DNA of 64,000 nucleotides from an uncultured archaeon (GTDB lineage: Archaea; Aenigmatarchaeota; Aenigmatarchaeia; CG10238-14; SCSR01), in contig CAZIJH010000004.1 in NCBI GenBank assembly GCA_964539655.1, forward strand, positions 14,925-78,924, in the 5' to 3' direction. Numbering within the stretch: position 1 is the first letter of the stretch; each line of letters starts with the position of its first letter. The notes below the pieces were generated by a model. It did not search any database, was not told the DNA's origin, and was given only the letters and a program-made list of their open reading frames with translations. This document shows positions 46,216 through 55,174 of the stretch, one piece after another. Made by a program: the position numbers and the translations under genes.

Positions 46216-46911
46216 ATGTCGAAATGGAAAATTATAGTATCCGCGGTCGTAATAGTCGCAATATTCGCTCTCGTTTTCGTTTCGCCCGCGGGAAACATCA
46301 TAACAGACATGTCGAACATACAGCTCCCCAGCACGGAAAAAATATTTTCGGGGCTGTCGACTTTGATCAACCCCCTGCCTTCGGGAGCCTACTTCACATT
46401 CATCGCGAATTCCGACGAGCACGCGCTTGACGGGAGAAGCTTCGGGATAGAGAATGGCACTGTTGTTTTCTCGGGAACTTTCGTGACCGACATCTTTGTC
46501 GGGAATACGGCATACGACGTGAGCATGGACGAGGCGACTGTCTCCGTGCAGAATTTCAACGGGAATGTTAATTTCGATCCGTACGGGACTGCGATCGTTT
46601 CGGGAAAGGCGACCGGCGTTTCTGTTAACGACGGCGTTTCTGTGAGGCCTTCCGGCAAAGAGATGTCCGTGAAGTTCGAGATAAATCCGTCCGAATATTT
46701 CGTCGGCCCGATTGTCGAGAACAGCATGAAGATTTCGAACGTGGCGGGGGAGATAGAGCGCACCGGAGATACGAATTCCGTGCAGAATTTCGAGGGCCAG
46801 GACATCGAGATAATACCGTTCATCGGGAACATAAAACTTTCTGACGGCGAGATCGTTTTCAGCGGAGCGGCAAAGTTGGTGAAGGGCAGCAACTTCGTCT
46901 GGACCGGCTAA
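46216..46911 (+). CDS. secreted hypothetical protein
   Basis: Signal peptide and a beta-rich repetitive composition. Confidence 0.45.
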   Translation: MSKWKIIVSAVVIVAIFALVFVSPAGNIITDMSNIQLPSTEKIFSGLSTLINPLPSGAYFTFIANSDEHALDGRSFGIENGTVVFSGTFVTDIFVGNTAYDVSMDEATVSVQNFNGNVNFDPYGTAIVSGKATGVSVNDGVSVRPSGKEMSVKFEINPSEYFVGPIVENSMKISNVAGEIERTGDTNSVQNFEGQDIEIIPFIGNIKLSDGEIVFSGAAKLVKGSNFVWTG

Positions 46912-46986
46912 TTCTCAAATTTTCTAAAAGCTTTTAAGCTAGAAATTTGAACAAGAAAGAAGCAAAAATCAAACAAAAGGAGTTAG

Positions 46987-47490
46987 GTGATTATGCAAAA
47001 ATTGGAGAAACAAGAGAAGGCTGAAAGAGCGGACGTCGTAGAAGACGTTCCGAAGCAGCTTAAAGAGACAAAGGTCGCGATTTTCGTCGACGGTCCGAAC
47101 ATGCTCAGGAAGGAGTTCATGGTGGACCTTCGCGAGCTCAGGAGAAAGGCTGAGAAGTACGGCCGTGTGGTTATTGCACGTGCGTTCGTAAACCAGTTCG
47201 CTCCGGAGAAGCTCATCGAGGCTATAATCAACGAGGGATTCCAGTCCATAATGGTTCTCGCTGTCCAGGAGGACGACGCGAACGACGTTGACGTTTCGAT
47301 GGCATGCGCCGCGTGCGAAGCGGCGATCTCGACCGACATAGAGTACATCGTGCTCGCGACAAGGGACGCTGATTTCCTGCCCGTGATACAGCTTGCGAAA
47401 GCGCACGGCAAGAAGGTCGTCATCATGGCGGCAGAGCCGGGATTCTCTAGCAGCTTGAGAAACGCAGCCGACTACGTCGAAGAATTGTAG
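46987..47490 (+). CDS. NYN-domain (LabA-like) protein
   Basis: VAIFVDGPN, an acidic DVD motif, and VLATRDADF. Confidence 0.7.
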   Translation: MIMQKLEKQEKAERADVVEDVPKQLKETKVAIFVDGPNMLRKEFMVDLRELRRKAEKYGRVVIARAFVNQFAPEKLIEAIINEGFQSIMVLAVQEDDANDVDVSMACAACEAAISTDIEYIVLATRDADFLPVIQLAKAHGKKVVIMAAEPGFSSSLRNAADYVEEL

Positions 47491-47525
47491 GAAAAATTTG
47501 AAATTTTTTTATTTCATTTTATTTC

Positions 47526-47750
47526 TTATCGGGACTTGATTACCCAAAATCCTGCCCTATTTTTGACGCCGTGATATTCCATTGCGTCAATTAATTTTGC
47601 TAGTTCGACAGTCCTGTGCTTCGGAACATTTTTCTCGGGATCGACCAATTGGACGAGTGCGTGCTCACTGGTTTGCATGCTTTCTATTACTGAAACATGC
47701 CCCCAATTGCCTTCTCCGTACAACCTTCCGTAATTAAAACAGGCGAGCAC
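47526..47750 (-). pseudogene. possible C-terminal remnant of a papain/NlpC-like cysteine peptidase
   Basis: 74 aa with GNWGHVSVI (catalytic-His-like). No intact N-terminal part upstream. Confidence 0.25.
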
Positions 47751-47890
47751 GTCGTTGTTGTTTTTGATGTTGAAAGATATTCATTTAAAGTTAGAATTAC
47801 GAAAATTACATAAGTTTCATGTTAATCCACGGCGCAAATAGTGAGTAGACATGTAATTATGGTGATTTTATCAAAGAGAGAAATATACTT

Positions 47891-48331
47891 GTGCTTTACG
47901 GTTTTCATCCAAATGAAGATTATTCATGTGAAGTGGCGCTTGAGTTATTCAAGCTGAATCTTGATGATGTGATCGTTAGTAGGTCTCCACCTCCACCACG
48001 AGATTTTAGAGAAATTATGAAGAAGCATGATGCAAGCTGGTCATTCGATCTTCATTCTGAACGCAACCCCACTTTACCAGAGGAGTCAGTTTTACGCTCT
48101 TCAAACCTAGGATATATAACATGGGGATGGAATCGCGATTATTATGGAATCTTTAGAGAATTCTTCAGCAAATACTATGAGGGTAACGAGGTCCTAGATT
48201 ATGGGCCTCGCGATCATAGGAAAGGAGCGGCGGGCTCATTAGGTTTGGCCCTTCTATGGTATCGCCCTCTAAATCAGAGTGTTAATCTCCTCAAGGGGCT
48301 TTCTCAATACCTCAAGACTTGTTCTGCGTAA
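47891..48331 (+). CDS. hypothetical protein (AstE/AspA-like zinc-site fragment?)
   Basis: YGFHPNEDYS resembles the H-x-x-E zinc motif of succinylglutamate desuccinylase/aspartoacylase. Too short for the full enzyme. Confidence 0.3.
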   Translation: MLYGFHPNEDYSCEVALELFKLNLDDVIVSRSPPPPRDFREIMKKHDASWSFDLHSERNPTLPEESVLRSSNLGYITWGWNRDYYGIFREFFSKYYEGNEVLDYGPRDHRKGAAGSLGLALLWYRPLNQSVNLLKGLSQYLKTCSA

Positions 48332-48398
48332 ATTATTTTCGGTGCATCGAAAGTTTAAATCCATATGCCACCAAATATTGTTAGCAAGTTGGTTTTTA

Positions 48399-48728
48399 AT
48401 GGGATTGTTAGACGGCTTATTTGGAAAGAAAAACGATAACGAAGAGCCTACAGAGTTGCAGGCCGAGGAAGAGACGACCGAGAAAGTGAGCGTCCGCGTC
48501 GAGAACCTTGGCGGGCTGAACGACGTGGAAAGGATGATGAAATTTTTGCGCGACGGCAACATTCTTTTCCTGAAGACGCGCGAGCTGCAGAGGAGGGATA
48601 TAGGGCAGTTCCAGACGGCGGTCCAGAAATTGAAGCGCGTCTGCGGACAGTACGGATGGGACATAGCCGGAACGGAAGAAGGGTACCTTGTCGTCACTCC
48701 CAGGTTCGCACAGATTCTCAGAGAGTAA
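48399..48728 (+). CDS. sepF: SepF-like cell division protein (DUF552)
   Basis: MGLLDGLFGKK start, an acidic linker, and a conserved C-terminal domain (ILFLKTRELQRRDIGQF...YLVVTP). Confidence 0.6.
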   Translation: MGLLDGLFGKKNDNEEPTELQAEEETTEKVSVRVENLGGLNDVERMMKFLRDGNILFLKTRELQRRDIGQFQTAVQKLKRVCGQYGWDIAGTEEGYLVVTPRFAQILRE

Positions 48729-49389
48729 GCAGCTTCTCGAAATTTTTCCGGAATTCCACGAGATTTTTAAAAACCTTGACTGCCCCGTTTCTTTCCAATG
48801 CTGATTGGGGATATTCTCCAGTCGCGACTCCCACGCCGTTCATTCTTGCGCGCCTCGCGGAAATTATTTCGTAGATCGAATCGCCGATGTACAGACACTG
48901 CTTTGCGTTAACCTTCAAAATTTTCGCAGCCTTTATCAGGGGATCTGGATGAGGCTTGTGAAGTCTCGTGTCTTCGGACGAAATCACGAGATCGAAAAAT
49001 TTTCCGATTCCTGTCTTTCTGAAACCCAGATCGATATTTTTTCTTGATCCGGAAGAAACGAGCGCGATTTTCAATTTCTTTTTTGCAAGGAAACTTAAAA
49101 ATTCCTTCGCGCCTTTCATCAATTTTATTCCATTCTTTTCCACGATCGATTTGTAGACCACGTCCCTTTCTGTCGTGAATTTTTTCAGTTCCCTGGCAGT
49201 TATTTTAGGATAGATTTCTTTCATAATCTCGTTAGCAGACTTCCCGAACTCGTGATAGATTTTTCTTATTTGATTATGGTTCAATTTCATGCCGGATTTT
49301 TCCGCAGCGATCACAAAAGAATCCACGTGGTCATTGTAAGAATCTATCAGCACCTGATCGAAATCGAAAATAACCGCGCGGACTTCCAT
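48718..49389 (-). CDS. HAD-superfamily hydrolase (phosphatase)
   Basis: Motif I VIFDFDQVLIDS, plus a C-terminal GDS motif. Confidence 0.8.
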   Translation of the reverse strand: MEVRAVIFDFDQVLIDSYNDHVDSFVIAAEKSGMKLNHNQIRKIYHEFGKSANEIMKEIYPKITARELKKFTTERDVVYKSIVEKNGIKLMKGAKEFLSFLAKKKLKIALVSSGSRKNIDLGFRKTGIGKFFDLVISSEDTRLHKPHPDPLIKAAKILKVNAKQCLYIGDSIYEIISARRARMNGVGVATGEYPQSALERNGAVKVFKNLVEFRKNFEKLLTL

Positions 49390-49441
49390 TAGAATTATTT
49401 GTCAGGCTGGATTATAAAATCGGCCGAAAAAGTTTAATTCG

Positions 49442-50962
49442 TTGAATTACGCTTTTAATTACAAGGTGATTTGTTTCACGGCAGCGAAGAAGAAAAAATT
49501 CTACATAACGACCGCAATCGCGTACACTAATGGCCCGCCACACATGGGTCACGCCTACCAGTTCATCGTGTCTGATGTAATCGCACGCTGGCATCGTCTT
49601 AAAGGAGAGGATGTATTTTTCTTGACGGGTACGGATGAATACGGTACCAAGCTGCAGAAGACGGCAGAAAAAATGGGGATATCTCCTCAGCAGCTCACTG
49701 ATCAGAATACTGAAAAATTCAGGGAGATTGACAAACTGCTCGACATTTCGTTCGACAATTTTATCAGGACGACGGACAAAAAGGTCCATTGGCCGACTGC
49801 ACAGAAGATTTGGGCCACGCTCGTGAAAAGCGGGGACATCTACAAAAAGAAATACAGGGGGCTGTATTGTTCCGGCTGCGAGGGATTCAAGACGGAAAAG
49901 GAATTGGTAAACGGACTGTGTCCTGAACACCAGAAGGCTCCCGAGATTTTCGAGGAGGAAAATTATTTTTTCAAGCTCACGAAATACACGAAAAGGATTG
50001 CTGAATTGATCGAGAACAAAGATATTCTTTTGCTGCCGGAATCCAGAAAACATGAGGCGCTGAACATTTTGAAAAATATAGACGACATTAGCTTCTCTCG
50101 TTCCGTATCCGCACTCGAATGGGGAATCCCAGTTCCCGGCGACGATTCGCAAGTGATCTACGTATGGTGCGACGCGCTGACAAATTATCTTTCCGGAATA
50201 GGTTTCACTTCAAACCCGAAGAATTTTAAAAAATATTGGCCGGCTGATTTGCACATACTTGGGAAAGACAATCTGAAATTCCACACAATATTTTGGCCTG
50301 CGATGCTGCTTTCCGCTAAATTGAAATTGCCTAAAAAAATATTCGTGCACGGATTCGTGACATCGGGAGGGCTGAAGATGAGCAAAAGCATAGGCAACGT
50401 GATAGACCCGTTGAAGATGCTGAAAAAATACGGCACGGAACCTCTGCGGTATTTTCTGGCGAGAGAAATAATTTTCGGGGAAGACGGAGACTTTTCAGAA
50501 CAGTCGTTAATCAACAGAGTGAATGGCGAGCTTGCTTCGGATTTGGGAAATCTCGTCTATCGTGCTTTGTCTCTTGCGGAAAAATACAAGGGACCGGTTG
50601 CGGGCAAAAAGGAATTAGAAAGAAGATTGGACATTTCGAAAATCGAAAAATCTTTCGACGAATTAAAAATCAACGAAGGATTGGAAGAGATCTGGAATTT
50701 CATCCGAGCGACAAACAAGTACATCAACGAAAACGAGCCTTGGAAGCTGGAAGGAAAAGAATTGGGAAACGTGATCTACAATCTTCTCGAATCCCTGAGA
50801 ATAATTTCGATTTTGGTTTCTCCCTTCCTGCCAGACACCAGCAGAAAAATTAACGAACAGATTGGCGTGAAATCTGGAAAACTGAAAGATTGTAAATTCA
50901 AAAAATTCTTGGGCAAGGTAAAGAAAGGTGAAATACTTTTTAAGAAAATAGAGGATTCCTAA
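49442..50962 (+). CDS. metG: methionyl-tRNA synthetase (catalytic core, no C-terminal tRNA-binding domain)
   Basis: HMGHAY, a CSGC zinc knuckle, and KMSKS. Confidence 0.9.
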   Translation: MNYAFNYKVICFTAAKKKKFYITTAIAYTNGPPHMGHAYQFIVSDVIARWHRLKGEDVFFLTGTDEYGTKLQKTAEKMGISPQQLTDQNTEKFREIDKLLDISFDNFIRTTDKKVHWPTAQKIWATLVKSGDIYKKKYRGLYCSGCEGFKTEKELVNGLCPEHQKAPEIFEEENYFFKLTKYTKRIAELIENKDILLLPESRKHEALNILKNIDDISFSRSVSALEWGIPVPGDDSQVIYVWCDALTNYLSGIGFTSNPKNFKKYWPADLHILGKDNLKFHTIFWPAMLLSAKLKLPKKIFVHGFVTSGGLKMSKSIGNVIDPLKMLKKYGTEPLRYFLAREIIFGEDGDFSEQSLINRVNGELASDLGNLVYRALSLAEKYKGPVAGKKELERRLDISKIEKSFDELKINEGLEEIWNFIRATNKYINENEPWKLEGKELGNVIYNLLESLRIISILVSPFLPDTSRKINEQIGVKSGKLKDCKFKKFLGKVKKGEILFKKIEDS

Positions 50963-51005
50963 ATCTGCCAATTTGGCATGTTTCTAAATTAAATTTATAC
51001 TTATT

Positions 51006-51392
51006 ATGTCATGTAATGTCATGCCAAAAATTGGAAGAGCGTACGGATTCTTCAATTGCAATGCCGAGAAAGAAAAAGTTGAAAATGAGTTTTCTACAGT
51101 TCGTGAATTGGTTCGAACACCGCGCGAAATGGAACTTTATTTTAGTGAAGACATGGACAGTTTGAAAAATGAAAATGACATTGATTTGACACCAATTATT
51201 GAAAAGGCTAAGGAAGCCGGGATGAGATACGTATTGAAGGCAGAATATCCTCGGGCCACCAACAGAAAAACTGCAGACAATCTGGCGGCAATTTTAAATC
51301 AATTATACAATACACCTTTGTACAGTGAGGGGGAAAATTTTAATGGAGAGATTGTCTATAAAAAAGGGTGTGCTTACGTCTTTAGAGATTAA
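51006..51392 (+). CDS. hypothetical protein
   Basis: 128-aa ORF. Confidence 0.4.
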   Translation: MSCNVMPKIGRAYGFFNCNAEKEKVENEFSTVRELVRTPREMELYFSEDMDSLKNENDIDLTPIIEKAKEAGMRYVLKAEYPRATNRKTADNLAAILNQLYNTPLYSEGENFNGEIVYKKGCAYVFRD

Positions 51393-51464
51393 GGAAGATG
51401 TTCTTTTCAAAGAAAAATAGAATGAATAAAGGTTTAAACGTAGAAACCGAATTTTAATCAAAGG

Positions 51465-51941
51465 TTGTTCGGTTTGAAGCTTGTCAAACACTACATGAAA
51501 AAAAGAGTCGTTAAATTTTCTCCGAATGATTCCGTATTCGAAGTCGCCAAAGTTTTTTCGAAAAATAACATATCTGGCGCGCCAGTTGTGAAGAATGACA
51601 AAGTTGTTGGCGTAATCACCGAGGGAGATTTGCTTAATTTTCTGAAAATAAAGCTTCCAGAAGTCAACGGCCTCGCGGAGGAGCCTCATGTTCTTACATT
51701 GATGATTGCGAACTTCGTCAAGGAAGGATTGGAATTTATCAACGAGGCGAAAAAGATTTCGAAGACCAAGGTGGACAACTTCATGTCGAAGGAAATAATT
51801 TCGATCGGTCCCGAAGCGAACATACTCGAGGCCGCTCAGATAATGGCGACTTGCAAGGTGAACGGGCTTCCAGTGATTTCCAATGACAAGCTTGTCGGAA
51901 TAATTTCACGGGCCGATTTGATCAAGGCGCTTCTGGAATAA
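51465..51941 (+). CDS. CBS-pair domain protein
   Basis: Two CBS motifs. Confidence 0.7.
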   Translation: MFGLKLVKHYMKKRVVKFSPNDSVFEVAKVFSKNNISGAPVVKNDKVVGVITEGDLLNFLKIKLPEVNGLAEEPHVLTLMIANFVKEGLEFINEAKKISKTKVDNFMSKEIISIGPEANILEAAQIMATCKVNGLPVISNDKLVGIISRADLIKALLE

Positions 51942-51945
51942 ACAT

Positions 51946-52869
51946 TCAGCTCTTATAAAATACTTTTGAGAATTTTCTGGACAAATCTGTTTTGTCGGAG
52001 CCAACTACAACAGGTATTTCAAAAAACTTTATTTCAGCGTCCTTTATTTCGGATGCTTTTGCAACGCAGTAAGCATCTGCTCCTGTGCCGCGTGCGATGA
52101 CGTAAAGTGGCATATAGTCCTCCATTCTTGTAATGTTCTGGCCGGTTCTGACAATGACGATTTTCCCGTTCTTTCTTCCTACTATGTCCCTTCTTTCCAA
52201 ACTGTATGTCTCGCTGCCGTTTCCTTTCAAAGTCATCGGGCCCCATTCGACGTCGTACCCCGCGCTTTCCAGCACCGGAGAAACGTCGACATCCAATTTA
52301 ATTAACATCTTTTTTGCGTCTTCCGACAAGACATATGTTTTGATTTCTTTCGATTTGGCTTCTCTGAACAGAAATCCGCTTCCGCAACTGGTGCATGTGT
52401 ATTTTACATTATCCGGCTTAGCTTCGGAAAATTCGTCTCCCTTGTTGCATTTCAAGGATGTCCCAAAAGTTTTGTATTCTTTTTCGACTTCTTTGTCGCA
52501 ATGTGGGCAGATAGGATTTTTATTCTCTCCAAATTTTTCAGATTTGAAATTGTGAGAACCATTTTTGTGAGAATAAATCCCCATCTTTCTGATGTCGGAA
52601 TTTATTATACCCTGTTTTAGACATTCTGGACATACTGTCTGATTCAGAAGGAAAATATTTTCACAAGACGGGCAACAAGTATACTTGTCAATCTTTCCAA
52701 CAGCCAACAAATTCCTACTTTCCAGATTTTTTACCAAACCGGGAATTTCATTTGCAGTTTTCTTGGTTAAAATTTCTAATTCGCGACTATTCAAATCTGG
52801 AGTGATTTCTTTACCAAACAATGCATCCAACAAAATTTCATCTTGCTTGCTGAGAGTTTCCCTGTTCAT
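51946..52869 (-). CDS. zinc-ribbon-rich hypothetical protein
   Basis: Several CxxC pairs (CPSCE...CPEC, CPHCD, CTSCG). Confidence 0.45.
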   Translation of the reverse strand: MNRETLSKQDEILLDALFGKEITPDLNSRELEILTKKTANEIPGLVKNLESRNLLAVGKIDKYTCCPSCENIFLLNQTVCPECLKQGIINSDIRKMGIYSHKNGSHNFKSEKFGENKNPICPHCDKEVEKEYKTFGTSLKCNKGDEFSEAKPDNVKYTCTSCGSGFLFREAKSKEIKTYVLSEDAKKMLIKLDVDVSPVLESAGYDVEWGPMTLKGNGSETYSLERRDIVGRKNGKIVIVRTGQNITRMEDYMPLYVIARGTGADAYCVAKASEIKDAEIKFFEIPVVVGSDKTDLSRKFSKVFYKS

Positions 52870-52927
52870 CTGTAACAGAGACTTGTTAAAGCTTATAAGC
52901 TTAACTATATTTCAATTCAAAAATTTG

Positions 52928-53023
52928 CGCCCAGGATGGGATTTGAACCCACAAGAGCTTGCGCTCGCAGCGTTTCAGTAAATTTTTCCAGCGCTGTGCC
53001 ATACCGGGTTAGGCGACCTGGGC
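52928..53023 (-). tRNA. tRNA-Ser (anticodon GGA) with a ~12-nt anticodon-loop intron
   Basis: Reverse complement GCCCAGG...CAGCG-CTGGAA-[AAATTTACTGAA]-A-CGCTG, a long variable arm CGAGCGCAAGCTCTT, T-arm GTGGG-TTCAAAT-CCCAT, and acceptor CCTGGGC+G. Confidence 0.6.
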
Positions 53024-53071
53024 ATCAGATAATAGATTAACATTTAAAGTTAAAACCAATTTTATTGTTCC

Positions 53072-53824
53072 ATGGATAAGTACGCTATTTTCGGACCTTT
53101 TGATTTACAGGAGGCGAGAGCATTATCGACATCCGATCCAATGGAATGCACACCATTCGCATGGAATGACAAGACTCATTTGGAGAGCGTGGGCCAAAGT
53201 TGCTTGAATTATGGAGGGATGAAATATCAGAAAGGGCACAGCAGGCATAGCAGCCACCATTTCGGAGGCAAATTCTCAACGATAATTTACAATGATGTCC
53301 GTATGGTTCTGTGCCAATTGGACGACACTTCTGGAATTTATGCGTGCGAAGTTCCGATCGATTCAATCTTTTTGAGGGGATTTGACGAACTGCTTGCGCA
53401 GAAGAAGAATCCGGAAAGCGGACTCAACAATGCCTTGGACAAAAGACGTTTGGAATTGCGGAAAAGGGTCGAGGCAGAACCCAATAAGTCACATCCTTGG
53501 ATTTTGAAAATAAAAGAATCAGGTGTGATGGAACGGAGCAATCAAAAATTATTGGACGCCGTAAAAGCGAAACGAGAACCGGAATATTTCACAGAATCGG
53601 AATTAAAATCGCTCATCGAAAAATTTTACGATGTAGGCATTTTCGGCAGGTACACACACATGGGAATGGCGTTACGACATCTGGGAATATCCACGGCTCA
53701 TCTCGTAAAAGACGCAAAAGAAGAACAATTATTCGGAGCTAAACAGATGTCTGATACGTATTACCAATTTTGTGCCAAATATTTGGAAGAAAATACAGAA
53801 GAAAAGTTATTTGAAGAAATATGA
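53072..53824 (+). CDS. hypothetical protein
   Basis: 250-aa ORF. Confidence 0.45.
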   Translation: MDKYAIFGPFDLQEARALSTSDPMECTPFAWNDKTHLESVGQSCLNYGGMKYQKGHSRHSSHHFGGKFSTIIYNDVRMVLCQLDDTSGIYACEVPIDSIFLRGFDELLAQKKNPESGLNNALDKRRLELRKRVEAEPNKSHPWILKIKESGVMERSNQKLLDAVKAKREPEYFTESELKSLIEKFYDVGIFGRYTHMGMALRHLGISTAHLVKDAKEEQLFGAKQMSDTYYQFCAKYLEENTEEKLFEEI

Positions 53825-53942
53825 TAAAAAATTCTTCTTAAACGTCTATAAATTTGATTCGAAATTTAGACCAATGTTCCACTAAATTTATCCATACCCA
53901 TTGCAATGAAGTATTCTGGAAAAATTATTTTCTTGGCTCGCA

Positions 53943-55091
53943 TTGGAGGTTGAAATGAAAGTCTCTGAGCTGATGATAAAGAACGTTGTAACAGCCGATT
54001 GTGACGAACATATTTCTAAAGTACTTCCAAAATTTGAGAATTACGGAATTCACCAGATGCCGGTCACTTGTCACGGAGAATATGAGGGGATGATTGTTTT
54101 GAAGGATCTTCTGTCTGCAGCGTACGATCCCGTAAAAACAAAGATTGGCAATTTCAAGATAAGCACGGATGTCCTCGGTCCGGACGACGAAATCGATGAC
54201 GCTGTTGTGAGAATTGTTAATTCCGGCCACAGGGCGCTGCCTGTACTCTCCGACGGCTATCTTGTCGGGATTTTGAGCCTGACAGATTTGGTAAAAAACG
54301 TCAAGTACAGGGAGGAAGAGATGGTAGATCACTTCATAAAGAATGTCATAAAGGTAAAGAATGTCAGCAACCTCGGAGAGGCGCTCTGCCTTATGGACGA
54401 AAACAATGTTTCCAGGCTGCCGGTTGTCAACAGTGAAGAAGAAATTGTTGGATGTTTCGACGCACTGAGCATGGTAAAATTCCTGAAAGTGCCGCACGAG
54501 TCGATAAGGTTTTCAAAACTGACAGCGATCGAGAAGGAGTCTCTCAGAGGATTCGAGGTTAAGAATTATATGAGGCCCACCGCGACGATGGACGTAAAGG
54601 AATTTTCTGCGTCGAAAATAATTGAAAGGCTCCAGCAGCACGAGGAAGTCATTTTGACCGAGAACAAATCGCCCGTCGGAATCGTCATTCCGAAAGATCT
54701 GCTGAAGCACGCGATTGTGGAGGATTTGCCAAAAATCCGGATTTCGCAGTACACAAAAATGGATCCCGTCTTTTACCAAAGATTTGTGAACCTAGTAGAA
54801 AAATTTGCCAAAAGGTTTTCAAGGCTGAACGAAATAAAAGAAGTTTCCATTCATGTCAATTCCCATCAAACCAACGGCAAAGGATTGCGATATTATTTAA
54901 AAGGAAAGGTTATAACGACGAGCAAATCTTTCCCTGCCAAGGCGGAATCCTGGAATCTGATAGACACCGCGCACGACCTGCTCGGCAATTTGGAAAAGCA
55001 ACTGATGAAACGACGGCTACCGAAATTTTCCGGATTGAAAATTAAGAACAGACAAAAAGAAACGCAGTTCGCTGCAGAAGAAGAAGTTTAA
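53943..55091 (+). CDS. CBS-domain protein with a C-terminal RaiA/HPF-like (ribosome hibernation factor) domain
   Basis: Four CBS motifs followed by KEVSIHVNSHQ...AKAESWNLIDTAHDLLGNLEKQLMKRR. This resembles the HPF/YfiA C-terminal signature. Confidence 0.55.
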   Translation: MEVEMKVSELMIKNVVTADCDEHISKVLPKFENYGIHQMPVTCHGEYEGMIVLKDLLSAAYDPVKTKIGNFKISTDVLGPDDEIDDAVVRIVNSGHRALPVLSDGYLVGILSLTDLVKNVKYREEEMVDHFIKNVIKVKNVSNLGEALCLMDENNVSRLPVVNSEEEIVGCFDALSMVKFLKVPHESIRFSKLTAIEKESLRGFEVKNYMRPTATMDVKEFSASKIIERLQQHEEVILTENKSPVGIVIPKDLLKHAIVEDLPKIRISQYTKMDPVFYQRFVNLVEKFAKRFSRLNEIKEVSIHVNSHQTNGKGLRYYLKGKVITTSKSFPAKAESWNLIDTAHDLLGNLEKQLMKRRLPKFSGLKIKNRQKETQFAAEEEV

Positions 55092-55174
55092 ATTTACTAT
55101 TAAATTGAAGTTTTCAAAATTGATTAAGAAAATTAGTAGCTAAGTATTTCCATAGTCCATCCAAAATAATATTA

